The position numbers and the translations under genes were made by a program. Below are positions 38,738 to 50,400 of a DNA stretch of 64,000 nucleotides, piece by piece. Position 1 is the first letter of the stretch, and the number at the start of each line of letters is the position of its first letter. Source of the DNA: a virus (Duplodnaviria; Heunggongvirae; Uroviricota; Caudoviricetes); IMG/VR virus record IMGVR_UViG_3300036760_000193, positions 91,395 to 155,394 of that record; one strand, 5' to 3'. The notes under the pieces are model-generated. The model was given only the letters and a program-made list of their open reading frames with translations. It made no database searches and was not told where the DNA came from.

Positions 38738-39256
38738 TTAAACCGGAATCTTATAAATTGGGGCGTTTCTCTCGACTTCAGTGGTCTCAAAATCTTGTCT
38801 TGTTACAAAATGCTTCCAACGCCGTTGATAGGTGGTCGTGATCCAGAGTCTTTGTCCATTTCGACGGACAATGAAATCACCATTCGACAAAACTGGCTCC
38901 CAAAGCGTCCAGGAACGAGGTGTATACACTCTACGTCGTCCCCACTCTTCTATAACAGCAGCTTCTTGCCCACCACTGATTAAACTGACTACGATCTCGA
39001 TAGGTTTGAAGTATCCACCAACATATCCTGTTCCGAAACAAATAGGTGGGTTTTCCTGTTCATGGTTTCCATCTTTCTTATAAACTTGGTCAAAATTTGG
39101 GCAGCGCGTACCAGTATGTTTCTTCTTATATAGAAGAACACGCTCTCCACCCATGTCCAAAAGCCATTTGTAACGATTTCTGATTTCCAGAAAAAGTCTT
39201 TCTTTGGAATGGGGACCTCTGTTAGAAGTTCCTGGCAATATTTGAAGATGTGACAT
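38738..39256 (-). CDS. neck/head-closure protein
   Basis: CPNFD...ICFGTGYVGGYFKPIEI, WTLWEPVLSNGDFIV; start ATG 39256 with GGAG SD. Confidence 0.6.
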   Translation of the reverse strand: MSHLQILPGTSNRGPHSKERLFLEIRNRYKWLLDMGGERVLLYKKKHTGTRCPNFDQVYKKDGNHEQENPPICFGTGYVGGYFKPIEIVVSLISGGQEAAVIEEWGRRRVYTPRSWTLWEPVLSNGDFIVRRNGQRLWITTTYQRRWKHFVTRQDFETTEVERNAPIYKIPV

Positions 39257-39869
39257 TTTGTTCTCCTGCAATCTTAAATCTTAATTTTTGGGCTATACTT
39301 TGTTTGTTTCGACTTTCTTGTGACCACTTTGTCCCAATTCTAGCTTTTGAAGCATTTTTTATATGTTCGGAAGTTTGCTTATATCCTAAATGCGCCAACT
39401 TCATTTTTAATTTCGTTTCTTCTGAATGTTTCTTACCACGCATTCTACTAGGATTACTTTTCCGAACACCATCACGTATTTTTCTGCGAATTTCATCTGT
39501 AAAAATCATTTTTGATCCAGAAATCTTTGCTTTTGCTTTGAATTCTTCGGTTCGTTTTATTCCAAAACTGTTTCCTGCTGTTGGGCTGATATTATATCCA
39601 TTTTCTCTATTATAACTTCCATATAAATCCAACCAATATTGTTCTCGGTCTAAAAGTTTTTCAGCGTCATATACTAACTCTAAAATTATAAATTCAAAGG
39701 CAGCAGCTTCATATTTATTCCAAGCTGCTTGTAAATGCGCCGAATGATGTTTGTTCTTACGGAGTCTATGCAAATGTATATTCCATCTGCGATTCAAAGA
39801 TATTGCCGAACCCACATAAATCTTTCCAGATATTTTATGTCGTATTCCGTAAATTCCAGACTTTATCAT
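39222..39869 (-). mobile_element. free-standing GIY-YIG homing endonuclease with NUMOD3-like repeats
   Basis: SGIYGI.H....KIYVGSA..L.RRW..H, REQYW, GYN; C-terminal KHSEETKLKM-type repeats; start ATG 39869. Confidence 0.9.
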
Positions 39870-39879
39870 AAAATCCAAT

Positions 39880-39928
39880 AGAAAATACAAAGCGCGGCAT
39901 CTACGGCATAACCGTAGACACCGGCTTT
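39880..39928 (-). terminator. long hairpin with U-rich tail, probable intrinsic terminator/attenuator
   Basis: Minus strand AAAGCCGGTGTCTACGG-TTATG-CCGTAGATGCCGCGCTTT then GTATTTTC; two positions pair as G-U only on the minus strand. Confidence 0.7.
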
Positions 39929-39952
39929 GAGATTTTCAAACTTTCAAACTTC

Positions 39953-40213
39953 TTATTGTGCAGCGGGTGTTTCTGCGGGTGTACCTACGAGTTCAGAAAG
40001 AAGTCTCTCTTGCCCTTGTAGTTCTAGCCCTCTTGAGAGCAGCTTGTCTTTTGCAGCTTGCAACTGTTGCTGGTTCTTGACTTGTTGCTCTTCTACTTGA
40101 CGGATTTGCGCCTTGATCTGCGCTAACTCTGCACTAACAGCTTTCAGACGATCCGCAAGGCTCACTTCTTTAGTTGCCTCTGCGCCATTTGCTACGACTT
40201 CTGTGTCATTCAT
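39953..40213 (-). CDS. small coiled-coil protein
   Basis: Strong SD GGAGGAG; heptad-rich Gln/Glu/Leu sequence. Confidence 0.7.
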   Translation of the reverse strand: MNDTEVVANGAEATKEVSLADRLKAVSAELAQIKAQIRQVEEQQVKNQQQLQAAKDKLLSRGLELQGQERLLSELVGTPAETPAAQ

Positions 40214-40269
40214 TTTCTTTTCTCCTCCGGTGGATTTTACTTCTTGTATGGGTATACACCATACGTTAC

Positions 40270-40285
40270 TTTATTGTACGAAAAA
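40270..40285 (-). promoter_or_regulatory. putative promoter element TTTTTCGTACAATAAA (class A, copy 2)
   Basis: Intergenic, 15/16 identical to 6383-6398. Confidence 0.5.
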
Positions 40286-40310
40286 ATTTCAATTATAAAA
40301 AGAGTTATAA

Positions 40311-40625
40311 TTACTCTGGTTTAGGATATTTTAGCTTTACTGCGTTACAGGCGGCGACATATGCTTCCCAAACTGAAGGGTCGCCATTTTCCTTATGTAC
40401 CAAAGCGTCTAAACCATCACCAATTGGTGGATATTCAGGTGCTCTCAATTCTCTATAGGATGTAGAATCCATTAAAGCTTCACCTGCTACAAATTCATCA
40501 TTCGTTGGTAAAGTTTGAACTTCATCTATCCATTCTAAATCTTCAAGTCGATCTCCACGAAGAGTCCATTCCGCATTTGGGCGTATCAAACTCAAAATTT
40601 TTGTAATTTTTTCATGGTTATCCAT
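40311..40625 (-). CDS. small tail-fibre-associated protein (XkdW-like/fibre assembly type)
   Basis: RPNAEWTLRG..LE.LEW, R.PEYPPIGD.LDAL, VKLKYPKP; start ATG 40625 with an AGGA SD. Confidence 0.6.
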   Translation of the reverse strand: MDNHEKITKILSLIRPNAEWTLRGDRLEDLEWIDEVQTLPTNDEFVAGEALMDSTSYRELRAPEYPPIGDGLDALVHKENGDPSVWEAYVAACNAVKLKYPKPE

Positions 40626-40635
40626 AATTTCCTCT

Positions 40636-41385
40636 TTACTGGCCGTATTCAATAGCGGTGATGACAGCGGCTGGTGTAAATGCACCGGCTGTTACTGGAT
40701 ATCTCGCAAATCCACCACCACCATTAGTTCTAATTCTCACTCTGTAAGTTTGAGCAGCAACAGAACCTGGGGAATTGTATGTGTGCATACAAATATAGTA
40801 ATTGTTATTCTGTCTTGTTCCGTGAAATCCACCGTTATCTGGCGCGAGATTAGTACCATTTCTAGCAATAGTAGCGAATGAAATATCACCAGCTTCTTGT
40901 GTCATATTTCCAGAAGCAATGACAAAAATTATACTTGTTGAAAATTTAGGAGTGATAGTTACAAAAGATGTTGTGTCAGTAAATGCTGTAGCTGTAGTAC
41001 TGGTTTGAGTATTTGTAGTGCCTGTAACAACTTGAACAACGGGGCGTATAACATTTCCGCCAAGTTGCATTCCTGTTGGGGAATTAAAATTATGAGTTCC
41101 ATTGGATGTAATTAAACCAGCGGAAGATATTGTTAATGGATTAGCATGGCCGCTTGTACGAAAAGTCAATGTTGGAGAAATATACTGCATTCCAGTATTT
41201 CCGTCAGCTAGAAATGAATAAAATTGCTGTACTTGTTCTCCACCATTAAAAAATCTAGCGACTTGAGTTCCACCAGAAGAAAGATTAATTATATTAGATA
41301 CAGTAAAATAAAAACCTGTATTGGTAGAGCTATTCCAATGAAGTGCGGGAGTTCCAACTGCACCATCTTCTAGTTTTACAGCCAT
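40636..41385 (-). CDS. short fibre protein
   Basis: DG....PALHW repeat at the N-terminus; C-domain VVQVVTGT...VTITPKFSTSII...ITAIEY. Confidence 0.55.
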   Translation of the reverse strand: MAVKLEDGAVGTPALHWNSSTNTGFYFTVSNIINLSSGGTQVARFFNGGEQVQQFYSFLADGNTGMQYISPTLTFRTSGHANPLTISSAGLITSNGTHNFNSPTGMQLGGNVIRPVVQVVTGTTNTQTSTTATAFTDTTSFVTITPKFSTSIIFVIASGNMTQEAGDISFATIARNGTNLAPDNGGFHGTRQNNNYYICMHTYNSPGSVAAQTYRVRIRTNGGGGFARYPVTAGAFTPAAVITAIEYGQ

Positions 41386-41386
41386 G

Positions 41387-42688
41387 TTATTCTACCTCTT
41401 CTGTTAAAAATCTGAACTTTTTACCTTCTGGTGAAATTAAGAGAACTTCATTTTTATCTCTCCCAACTTTATCACCTTCTGTGATTTTCCATCCATTATC
41501 TAATGCGATATCACCAGAATGGATCGTTTGTGCCCAAAGATTCAACCATCTATGTGTTGAATTACCATTATCATTTGTAATATCTGTAGTAGGTGAGTGA
41601 TCTACACTAAATACAAGAGCCGTATTGGTTAGGTGCAATCTTTGAATGCCATTAGTTGCGAAACCTATATCATTAGAAGCAGCTAAGAAAAGTCCTGTCG
41701 TTGTGCTTGAATTGAAATATAATCCAGGAGCCGCTGCGGTTCCACTTTGAATACCAAAAACTGTTTCAATAAAACTATTCGTATTAGAAACAGTAAAAGT
41801 TCTAGTTCCATTTGTTGCGAATGAAATTGCTTCTGGCCCATTCCAATACATACCAGTATTTGTATCACCAGAAAAAGATAACGATGGACTTCCTGCAAGA
41901 CCATTTGCTAAAAATACTGTTCCACTGAATGTAGAATTATTACCAAAAGTAGTTGTGCCATTTATTGTACGTGATCCTTCAGTCAAAACAAAACTGGCTG
42001 AAGCACCAGCATCAGGTATGGTATAAGTTCTAGCACCTGCCTGAGACGCATTAGTTATTAAAGTTGTAGTATTACCCGCGTTATTAACAGATGAAATTCT
42101 TAATTTACCAAGATTTAATCCAGAAGGGTAAACATCAAATGTTGCTGCTTCACCATTAATGCCAGCTGAAAGAGAACTTCGTCCAGCTAAATTAAAAATA
42201 TAACTGCTGGTATTGAAATTTGCATAAATCCCGCCAGTTACAATATACAAAAGACTGTCGCCAGATGAATATAACCCAGTATTAGATGACGCTCCCTGAA
42301 AATGTATACCTGGGTTTGACCCCAATCCTTCATAAGAATGAAGTGTTGAACTAATTGTCAATTGCCCCGAAAGTCCTAAACTTCCAGACCCGATTCTATA
42401 TAATCCCGTACTTGGTTCAGACGAAAATGAATATGAAGGAAAACTTAATGTTCCATCAGGAGCTAAAAGAGGAAATGAAGTACCACCAGTCGCGCTTATT
42501 AATTTCCAAGTAGACCCAGTATAAACATAAAGTTCATCTGTATCTGATTTCCAATAAACTTGCCCCTCAATACCACTTCCTGGTAATGTGGCAGAATTTT
42601 CAAAAACCAGATTGGCAGTACCTTTCTGTTTGAAGTCTACTTTTCCTTCGCTTCCACCGCTTCCTGTTACTTCAAAATAATTTCCCAT
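41387..42688 (-). CDS. modular fibre protein
   Basis: APDGTLSFPSYSF, GTAAAPGLYF repeats, RTYTIPDAGA module shared with the 2111-aa protein. Confidence 0.6.
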   Translation of the reverse strand: MGNYFEVTGSGGSEGKVDFKQKGTANLVFENSATLPGSGIEGQVYWKSDTDELYVYTGSTWKLISATGGTSFPLLAPDGTLSFPSYSFSSEPSTGLYRIGSGSLGLSGQLTISSTLHSYEGLGSNPGIHFQGASSNTGLYSSGDSLLYIVTGGIYANFNTSSYIFNLAGRSSLSAGINGEAATFDVYPSGLNLGKLRISSVNNAGNTTTLITNASQAGARTYTIPDAGASASFVLTEGSRTINGTTTFGNNSTFSGTVFLANGLAGSPSLSFSGDTNTGMYWNGPEAISFATNGTRTFTVSNTNSFIETVFGIQSGTAAAPGLYFNSSTTTGLFLAASNDIGFATNGIQRLHLTNTALVFSVDHSPTTDITNDNGNSTHRWLNLWAQTIHSGDIALDNGWKITEGDKVGRDKNEVLLISPEGKKFRFLTEEVE

Positions 42689-42710
42689 CTCATTTTACTC
42701 CGCTTTACTC

Positions 42711-44150
42711 TTAAATTATGAACCAATTTGATCCATCACAAACAATTGTAATAGATTCATCTTGTGTTGTTATAACTAATGTTGTGAATGTATCTATCAT
42801 TTCACTACCATCTGGGTCTACTGTTACTGTATTTACAGAACTGTCTATTTTTTTGATGACATATTGAAGGCCGCTATTTCCAGAAGCTGCTGGCAAGTTT
42901 ACAGTAATGGCATTGCTTGTTGCATCTGCTAAAATTATTCCATCGGATGCCGCCGTATAAGACGCCGATGTGATAGTAACCACTGATGGTGCGCTACTAG
43001 AATTCGTGTCTACATAAGATTTTGTAGCGGCATCTTGTGGGTCTGTTGGATCAGTTAATCCTGTTATAAATCCACTATTCAATTCAATAGTTAAATTGCT
43101 TCCACGAATTCTTGAACCAGTTCGTACTGATCCGTCAGCATCGTAACCAAGTTGCAAATAAATATCTGCCGCTGGATTGCCTTTTGAAATTCTTACGGCA
43201 GGATGAAATCCACTAGATATTCCTTGTTCAAAACCAGTATCAAGCATACGATCAGCATCAGCACCAAAATTAACTGAGTAAAGTTGGATTCTTCCACTAC
43301 CGTCTGTTCCAAGTCCAAAAAATGGTTCATATTCAGTAGAAGCATTTGCAGCTAAACCAAATCCCCCATTCGATACTAATTCTGCATTTGTTCCATCTAA
43401 AGAAACTAAAACAGAACCAATTGTGGAGTCATAACTAATCCAAGCATCGTCGCCATTTCCAAGAATGACTTTATGATTATTTGGAATTTTGAAAGCATTG
43501 GTGGTCATTCTTGCCATTTCTGTTTGAGCTAGATACCCACTTATAAAAATAAGTTCTGAATTGCTTTCTAAAGTGTTAATAATAGTTGCTGGGGTATTTG
43601 TTCCATCAGCATGATAACCAAAACGAAGTGTACCTGCATTTCCATTATTTCCAAAAGATTGTCGTCCAACGTGCATGACATAGTGATCGCCTATATCAAC
43701 CCCATGATTCCAAGTAACTTCCAAAACATTGAAGACATCATCTATTGTACCTTGAAATACATTATCATTAGTAATTTGAACTTGTCCACTATCTTCCCGA
43801 AGATAAATACCAGGATTGTATGTTCCACTGCCATCTGATTCAGTATTTGAATAAAGATACAAACCCTTTCTTGAAGCTAATGTGTTTTCTGTACCACTTG
43901 CATCTGATGATAACTCAATACTTCCAATATCTGTATTATATTTCAAAAATGCCTGATTGCTTAATCCAAAAATCAGTTTATTGTTATTGGTTATTCTCAA
44001 ATCTCTGTTTGTAGAGATATCCCGTGGGAAGGTAAAATCATCTGTTACCACAGCACTTATCTTGGAAGGTATAATAGACCCGTTAGCTAAGTCAGCTGAT
44101 GTGAGGTTAGCATCTAAAATTTGATCTCCTGGTATTTGTGTTCGTCCCAT
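42711..44150 (-). CDS. modular fibre/decoration protein
   Basis: DDFTFPRD N-module, two LGY.ADG modules, DPQDAATKSYVD, C-terminal CDGSNWFII module. Confidence 0.6.
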   Translation of the reverse strand: MGRTQIPGDQILDANLTSADLANGSIIPSKISAVVTDDFTFPRDISTNRDLRITNNNKLIFGLSNQAFLKYNTDIGSIELSSDASGTENTLASRKGLYLYSNTESDGSGTYNPGIYLREDSGQVQITNDNVFQGTIDDVFNVLEVTWNHGVDIGDHYVMHVGRQSFGNNGNAGTLRFGYHADGTNTPATIINTLESNSELIFISGYLAQTEMARMTTNAFKIPNNHKVILGNGDDAWISYDSTIGSVLVSLDGTNAELVSNGGFGLAANASTEYEPFFGLGTDGSGRIQLYSVNFGADADRMLDTGFEQGISSGFHPAVRISKGNPAADIYLQLGYDADGSVRTGSRIRGSNLTIELNSGFITGLTDPTDPQDAATKSYVDTNSSSAPSVVTITSASYTAASDGIILADATSNAITVNLPAASGNSGLQYVIKKIDSSVNTVTVDPDGSEMIDTFTTLVITTQDESITIVCDGSNWFII

Positions 44151-44401
44151 TATAGATTCTCCAATAAATTTTCTCTTGCTACAATTTCATCTGCCATTTT
44201 AGATACTTCTGGTGGTATAATACCATCAGAATCATCATGCCGGAATGTTCCATACAGTGGCGTTCGATTAAAATTCTTTATCTTACTTCCTTTAATCAAA
44301 ACAATGTAATACATCGTATCTTCCACTGCGAATGCTCTTAAAATTCGCATAGGTACAGAAATTTTCAACTCTAAGTCTTGACCAACCCTATAAATAGCCA
44401 C
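44150..44401 (-). CDS. small hypothetical protein (83 aa, GTG start)
   Basis: Fills the gap between two fibre genes; coupled by a TAATG overlap to the downstream gene. Confidence 0.55.
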   Translation of the reverse strand: MAIYRVGQDLELKISVPMRILRAFAVEDTMYYIVLIKGSKIKNFNRTPLYGTFRHDDSDGIIPPEVSKMADEIVARENLLENL

Positions 44402-44404
44402 GGG

Positions 44405-47400
44405 TTACGCTTTCCAATAAGAGACACGTACCTTTGATCCAGTGATAGGAGCCATATTAAATGTAATTATAGCTCCAGAGATTGTGTAGTCATTGCTACC
44501 ACCTTCATCTTGCAAAATACCATTTAAGTATACATGTTCAGACCCTACAGCGGTAGAAAAGGCCAATATGAATGTAACATTTGAACTATCTACTGCACCC
44601 AATGGGGTTTCACGGGTTACAATGTTTGTCATTGCATAGGTGATGCCAGCGGTGTTAACTTTTACTCCAGCACCACTTTCAAAGAGAGACGTTCCATCTA
44701 ATTTTACACTAATGACACCAAATGAAATATCAATACCATCTCCCGCAACAAGCGCGGTAGATGCAGAGAATTGTGTCCAATTAACATTATCTGTGTCTAA
44801 TACAATATTTCCATCCCAGACAACTACCCAACCAGTACCAGGTTGTGAACCAGATTCAACCAATGTGAAGTTTCCGCCAGATACTTCATTCGCTGGTGTT
44901 CCATCCATGTCAGTTGATCTAGTTAGAACTGCGTCAGTGACGCCTTGATCTCCTTCATTTACAACAGAATAAATACCATTTTGTTTAGCATCTGTTTGGT
45001 CTTTGACAAGAATTCTATCTCCAGCCACAACTGTTACGCCATCAATAGAGGCGGCTCCAGGGGCAGGAAAGTATGTAGCATCATTTTTATCAATTGTTAT
45101 CGTACCAGTAACATAACCAGGAATATCTAACAAGGTAGCTGCACGAACTGATTGTTTAGGATCAAGTCCAGCTGATACACTATCTACATATCTCTTGTTT
45201 GCGGCATCGGTGTCGCTCGTTGGGTCTCCAAGAGAAGTAATCTTATTATTGTTAAGATCAATTGTTGAAGAACCTTGCATTTCGATACCACTATTGGTGA
45301 ATCGAAGACGCTCTGTACCACCAGTTGCTATACCGATTTTTTGTGTATCGACTCTAAAGAAACCAGTACCTTGTTGAGCACCAGTGATGTTAATAGAAGG
45401 ATTTGTAGCATCACCTTGATAAACTTGAATTTGTGCATTTTGTCCCATTACTAAGTCTATTTCATCACCCAATAGAAGGGCACCAACATTTCCGGGCTTA
45501 GCACTTGCATTGGTATCTGTTGTAAGCCATTGAATTGTATTACCTTCAACAGAAAAGGCTAAGTATTGTGAACCGTCGCGGAACATACCCATCATGGGGT
45601 CACTTAAGAAGGCATAGCCTGGATAAGTAGAAGTTCCATCTAGAACTTGTAGTCCTTCTTGGGTGAATCGTCCCGATGCTGTACCATGAGCCGCGAATGA
45701 AACAGTAGAATTGAAATATCCAGTAATTGCATCTTGTTCTGAATAGATACCATTTGATCCAACTCCAGTTCCACCCATTCTAATTGCTGGGAATCCCAAT
45801 GATCCATAATTATCTCCACCAAGACGATCTAGAACTATGAATGTTTCATCCCAATTTATATTTGCGGGGTCTCCATGCAAGAAAAGAGGATTATAAACAC
45901 TGGTTTCCATTGTGAAGAATCCACCACAATTAAAATCAAACCCAGGATCACTTGCATCAAAGAAAATATTTGTATTTACATCAGATGCTAAAGAAACATA
46001 TGTGTTGTCCGCCATTCTGATATTAGAAGCAAATGATACTTCACCACTATCAGCAATAGAAACGGCACTAGCTGAACTGGCGGTTCCTAAAATAAGAGGG
46101 TGACTATTTCTAGATTGAATCAATGCAGCTGTAACCGCAGAACCGTCCGCTCTATAACCAATAGATAAATGCTTTTGTGCTGCATCATTAATTGGGGTAT
46201 TTGTTCGAGAAATCCAAATTTGATCGTAGTCTCCAGCGGTCAAATCTTGCTCGAATATCAATTCTAAGTGATGATCTGCGGAAGTTGCGCCTTGCGCTGT
46301 ATTGGCATTTCTAATTTTAACTGTTCCATTTGTTCCCATTTCAATACTAGGTTGATACGTTCCACCACCATCTGCATTTACATTAGAGAATAATTCCATA
46401 CTACCTTCGGAAGCAAAATAGAAATCTCCTCCAGAACCAGTAGATGTTTGTCCTACAATCCCACCAACATCAGTGCTGTATTTGAACCACGCTTGGTCAG
46501 AGTTTCCTAGAATTAATTTATTTCCTTCTGCTAATTTAAGACTTGTATCATTAATTCTAGCTCTCTCTATTCCACCTGTAGCAAAACCAACAAATGTGTA
46601 ACCTGATCCAAATACTCCAGTATCAACTGTAGCCGCATCAGGGCCACCGATAGCGATGTCATCAGTATAATAAGTGTTGGCACCTCCCGTGATGGTTAAA
46701 TCTGTTGCGCTGAAAGTAGCAACTCCTAAACCATTAACCATGATGTTAACACCAGTATCTAATACATCACTGGTAATACCAGTTGTGGGATGAGATGAGA
46801 ATCCATAAGCAGGAATGGTTTGATTTGAAGTATCACCCTGAGTTTGACCAGTAAATATATGTGTTGTAGCAACAAAGTTAAGAGGACTCAAAGATTCAAC
46901 AGTTAGATTTTCTCCACGGATTCTTGAACCTGTACCAACTGATCCATCAGAATCATAACCAATCCAAACTTGTGAATTTCCTACATTCCAATCAAAATGA
47001 ACAGCTGGATTAAACCCAACCGTTGCAGTTCCACGGGCTATTTCTACAAGTAATTCCTCAGTACCAGAAGCAAGATTTGATTCTATATGTACAGAACCAT
47101 TAGTATTAAGATGAAATGCAGGAAGAAAATCTCCGCCTGAAAAACCAGCCCCAGCATTACTATAAAGAACAAGATTATTTTGTGCTCCTAAATAGAAATG
47201 ACCAGCAGCTACAGTTTGTCCACCAATAACAGTACCAGCGGCAGCATACTCTAACCAAGCATTATCAGAATTTCCAAAAATTACTTTTTTATCATTTGTT
47301 AAACGAACATTCTGTGAAAAATCAACATCGCCGGAAGTTTGAACGATTATTGCCTCTGTTGAGAAAGGTTTAATATGTAGAGGAACATCCGTTACATTGT

Positions 47401-50400
47401 CTTGACCACCACGAATCCAGGAATAAGAGATACCTGTTCCACCACCATTCATCATATAACCGATGTCTAGTAATTCGCCGGCAGATTCATTTGCTACATC
47501 AAGTACAACATGGCTAGAATTTGCTGCGTAGCCATTATTCATTGAAATAGAAACGTATCTATTATCTACTGATCCCTGAGAACCATCATTTTCAATTAAT
47601 ACAAGTCCAGATGATTGCATAGAAACAAGAGGAAATCCACTCGTAAATGAAAGAGTTAAATCTCCGGTACGTCCTATAACAGTATCCGTTTTTATTTGCC
47701 CATCTACGATTAAATCATTTGTAACTGTAACATCAGTTCCATCGGTTGTTAAAGAAGTTGTATCATCTAAGACATTTCCAGTCGCTGGATAATATGCGAA
47801 TCGTCCAATTTGACCACCATTAACAGTACCTGTTCCTTGTGATGAGAATTGTGTCCAGTTAACATTGTCTGTTCCAAGAATAATAGTACCGTCCCAGACA
47901 ACTACCCAACCAGTTCCTGACTGTGAACCAGATTCAATAAATGTAAAGTTTCCACCAGATACTTCATTCGCTGGTGTTCCATCCATGTCAGTTGATCTCG
48001 TCCATGCTCCAGAATGTGCAATGTAAATACCGTTTTGTTTAGCATCGGTTTGGTCTTTGACAAGAATACGATTTCCGTCAACTAATACAATTGTATCTAT
48101 TGTTAGAAGACCACTGAGAGCAGTATTGGCTGTTGTTGCGGCACGAACGGATTCTTTGGGGTCTAAACCTGCGGCGACACCATCTACATAATATTTTGTG
48201 GCAGCATCTTGAGGGTTTGTTGGGTCTACGACATTTATAACCTTATGGGTATTCATGTCTAATTGACCAGTTGTTGTGTTAATAACGATTAAACTTGTTC
48301 CTGCTGCATTGGCGAATTTAATACCACTTGAAGAATCTGCGAACGGATGAATTTGAATATCACCAGTACGGCCTTTCAATTCATTAGTAGAAATTTTTCC
48401 ATTGACTGTAGCATCGCCTGTCAATGTAGAATTTCCAGAAGCGTCAATACTGTATCTTAAAGTACCTGCTGTAGAAAAACCAAGTTGATCTGCACCAATT
48501 CTATACATACCCATTCCAGCACTATTAAAGAATGAATGTGTTGGGGCTGCTGCTGTACCATCTCTACCTTGCAATTGCCCGGCACTTACGATTCCAAGTT
48601 GTGTTGTTCCACCAGTAGAGAAGAATAAATTTCCACTGACTTTATACATACCCATCGTTGTATCAGTAGAGAATGTGAATCCAGGTGCTCCTGCTGAACC
48701 ATCTTGGGCATTTAAGTGATTAGCGTAGATATTTCCTTTTGCTGGTGAACCAGGACTTCCATCTGCTCCTGTACCAGTCAATACAATACTTCCACCATTA
48801 GCAGCGGTATCGGATGTTAAAGTAATGTTTCCACCAAGATCATCACCAGATATAGGACAATCACCAGACGTTAATGTTATACTTCCACCACGGGTCTGAT
48901 TTGCTGCACCCGATCCGAAAGTCATCGTAACATCCCCGCTTGTTAATGTGATGCTACCACCAAAAGTTTCACCACTAGCTCCACCGACTCTAACATCAGC
49001 ATTTCCAGACGTTAATGTGATACCACCACCCGATGAATGCGAAGGAGAACCATTTTGAGAACCCCCCGTCGTTAAAGTTATACTTCCACCAGTTTGCGAA
49101 GCAGTTCCATTTGAGCCTGGATAATCTCCAGATGATAATGTTAAATTTCCTCCTTGACCAGAAGCGGCATTACCAATTTTACTTGTAATAAATACGTTAG
49201 CATCAGATACATTTGCTTGTTTAGCAACATAAAAATTTTCTGTAACTGTTTTGCTACCATTGATTATTTGAGGACTTTCTGTCATTACGAAAGTAGCATT
49301 TGCACCCGCATCAGGAATTGTATAAGTACGAGAAGCTACAGGGGCAGGAGACGTAATAGTTGTGGTGTTTGTTGTACCCAAAACTATTTGATTGGTTGTT
49401 GAAGTAATTGTAACAGGAAGTTGTGCCGTTACATTGGCAGTGTCTACACGCAATTTCTCTGTGCTATTTGTTGTAACTGCCCAAATATTTGCGCCAGGAG
49501 AGAATGTACCAGTATCTGGATCACCAGTAAAACCTTGAGAAGCTACGCCAGCTGTACCTGAAATGAATCGAACGGGACTAAAAGATTCCCATTGGACACC
49601 ATTATGAGACCATCTTTCAGAACTTCCTACAGTAATACGAAAATCAGACCCACCTGTACTATTAAAGATACCAGTTGTTGCTGATCCTATTTCTATATCA
49701 GGAGCAACTGCGCTACCCCCACTTTTTGTTCTTAAAGCATTGAATGCAGTCGTTCTTGCAGTTGCAACACGAAAATATTCTGTACCGCCAGCAGCAACAC
49801 CAACAGAATCTGGAGCTTGACTAAATATACCTGAATTTGAATTGCTAGTAAATGAATATGAAGGAAGTGCATTGGTGCCGTCTGCATTTAATATTTTATT
49901 ACCAACATTCAAAGCACTTGTAACTGTAACATTTATATTATCAGTTGTTAAAGCAATTGTGTCATCAACAGTTGTTCCAGTTGATGGATAATAAGCAAAA
50001 TTACCTGCAAGACCTGAATTTACAGTTCCACCGGCAGTATCAGCAGCATCTACATATGACTTAGTGGTAGCATCTTGAGCAGATGTTGGATCAGAAATAT
50101 TAGTTATTTTATGGCTAGTCATATCTAATACATTATTATTTATTGCGACTATACCATTCGTTGCTATGCTTACGGCATTTGGAGTAGTTTCAGAACCCAA
50201 AGATAATGGATAAGAAACGCTATGAACATAAGCTGCCGTAACAAGGGCACCATCAGCAACATATCCCATTCTTAAATAGGAATCAACGCCATTTTTTCCA
50301 ATTTTTAAGGCCATATGTGACCCGATGTCTACTCCATTTTCCATTTGTATGTAGACAAAACGCGAATCATCTGATCCTTGGAATATATTTTGAAGAGTTA

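Noticed and set aside
14681-39256. Stand-alone contractile injection system or tailocin
   Set aside because: Neck genes and a linked replication/recombination module with a sigma factor point to a phage, although capsid genes lie outside the window.
39222-39953. Group I intron carrying the GIY-YIG gene
   Set aside because: The flanking genes are complete with their own starts and stops, and no group I core motifs were recognised.
44770-48200. Diversity-generating retroelement (template/variable repeat pair)
   Set aside because: Both copies are coding, the differences are mostly third-position and not adenine-specific, and no reverse transcriptase is in the window.
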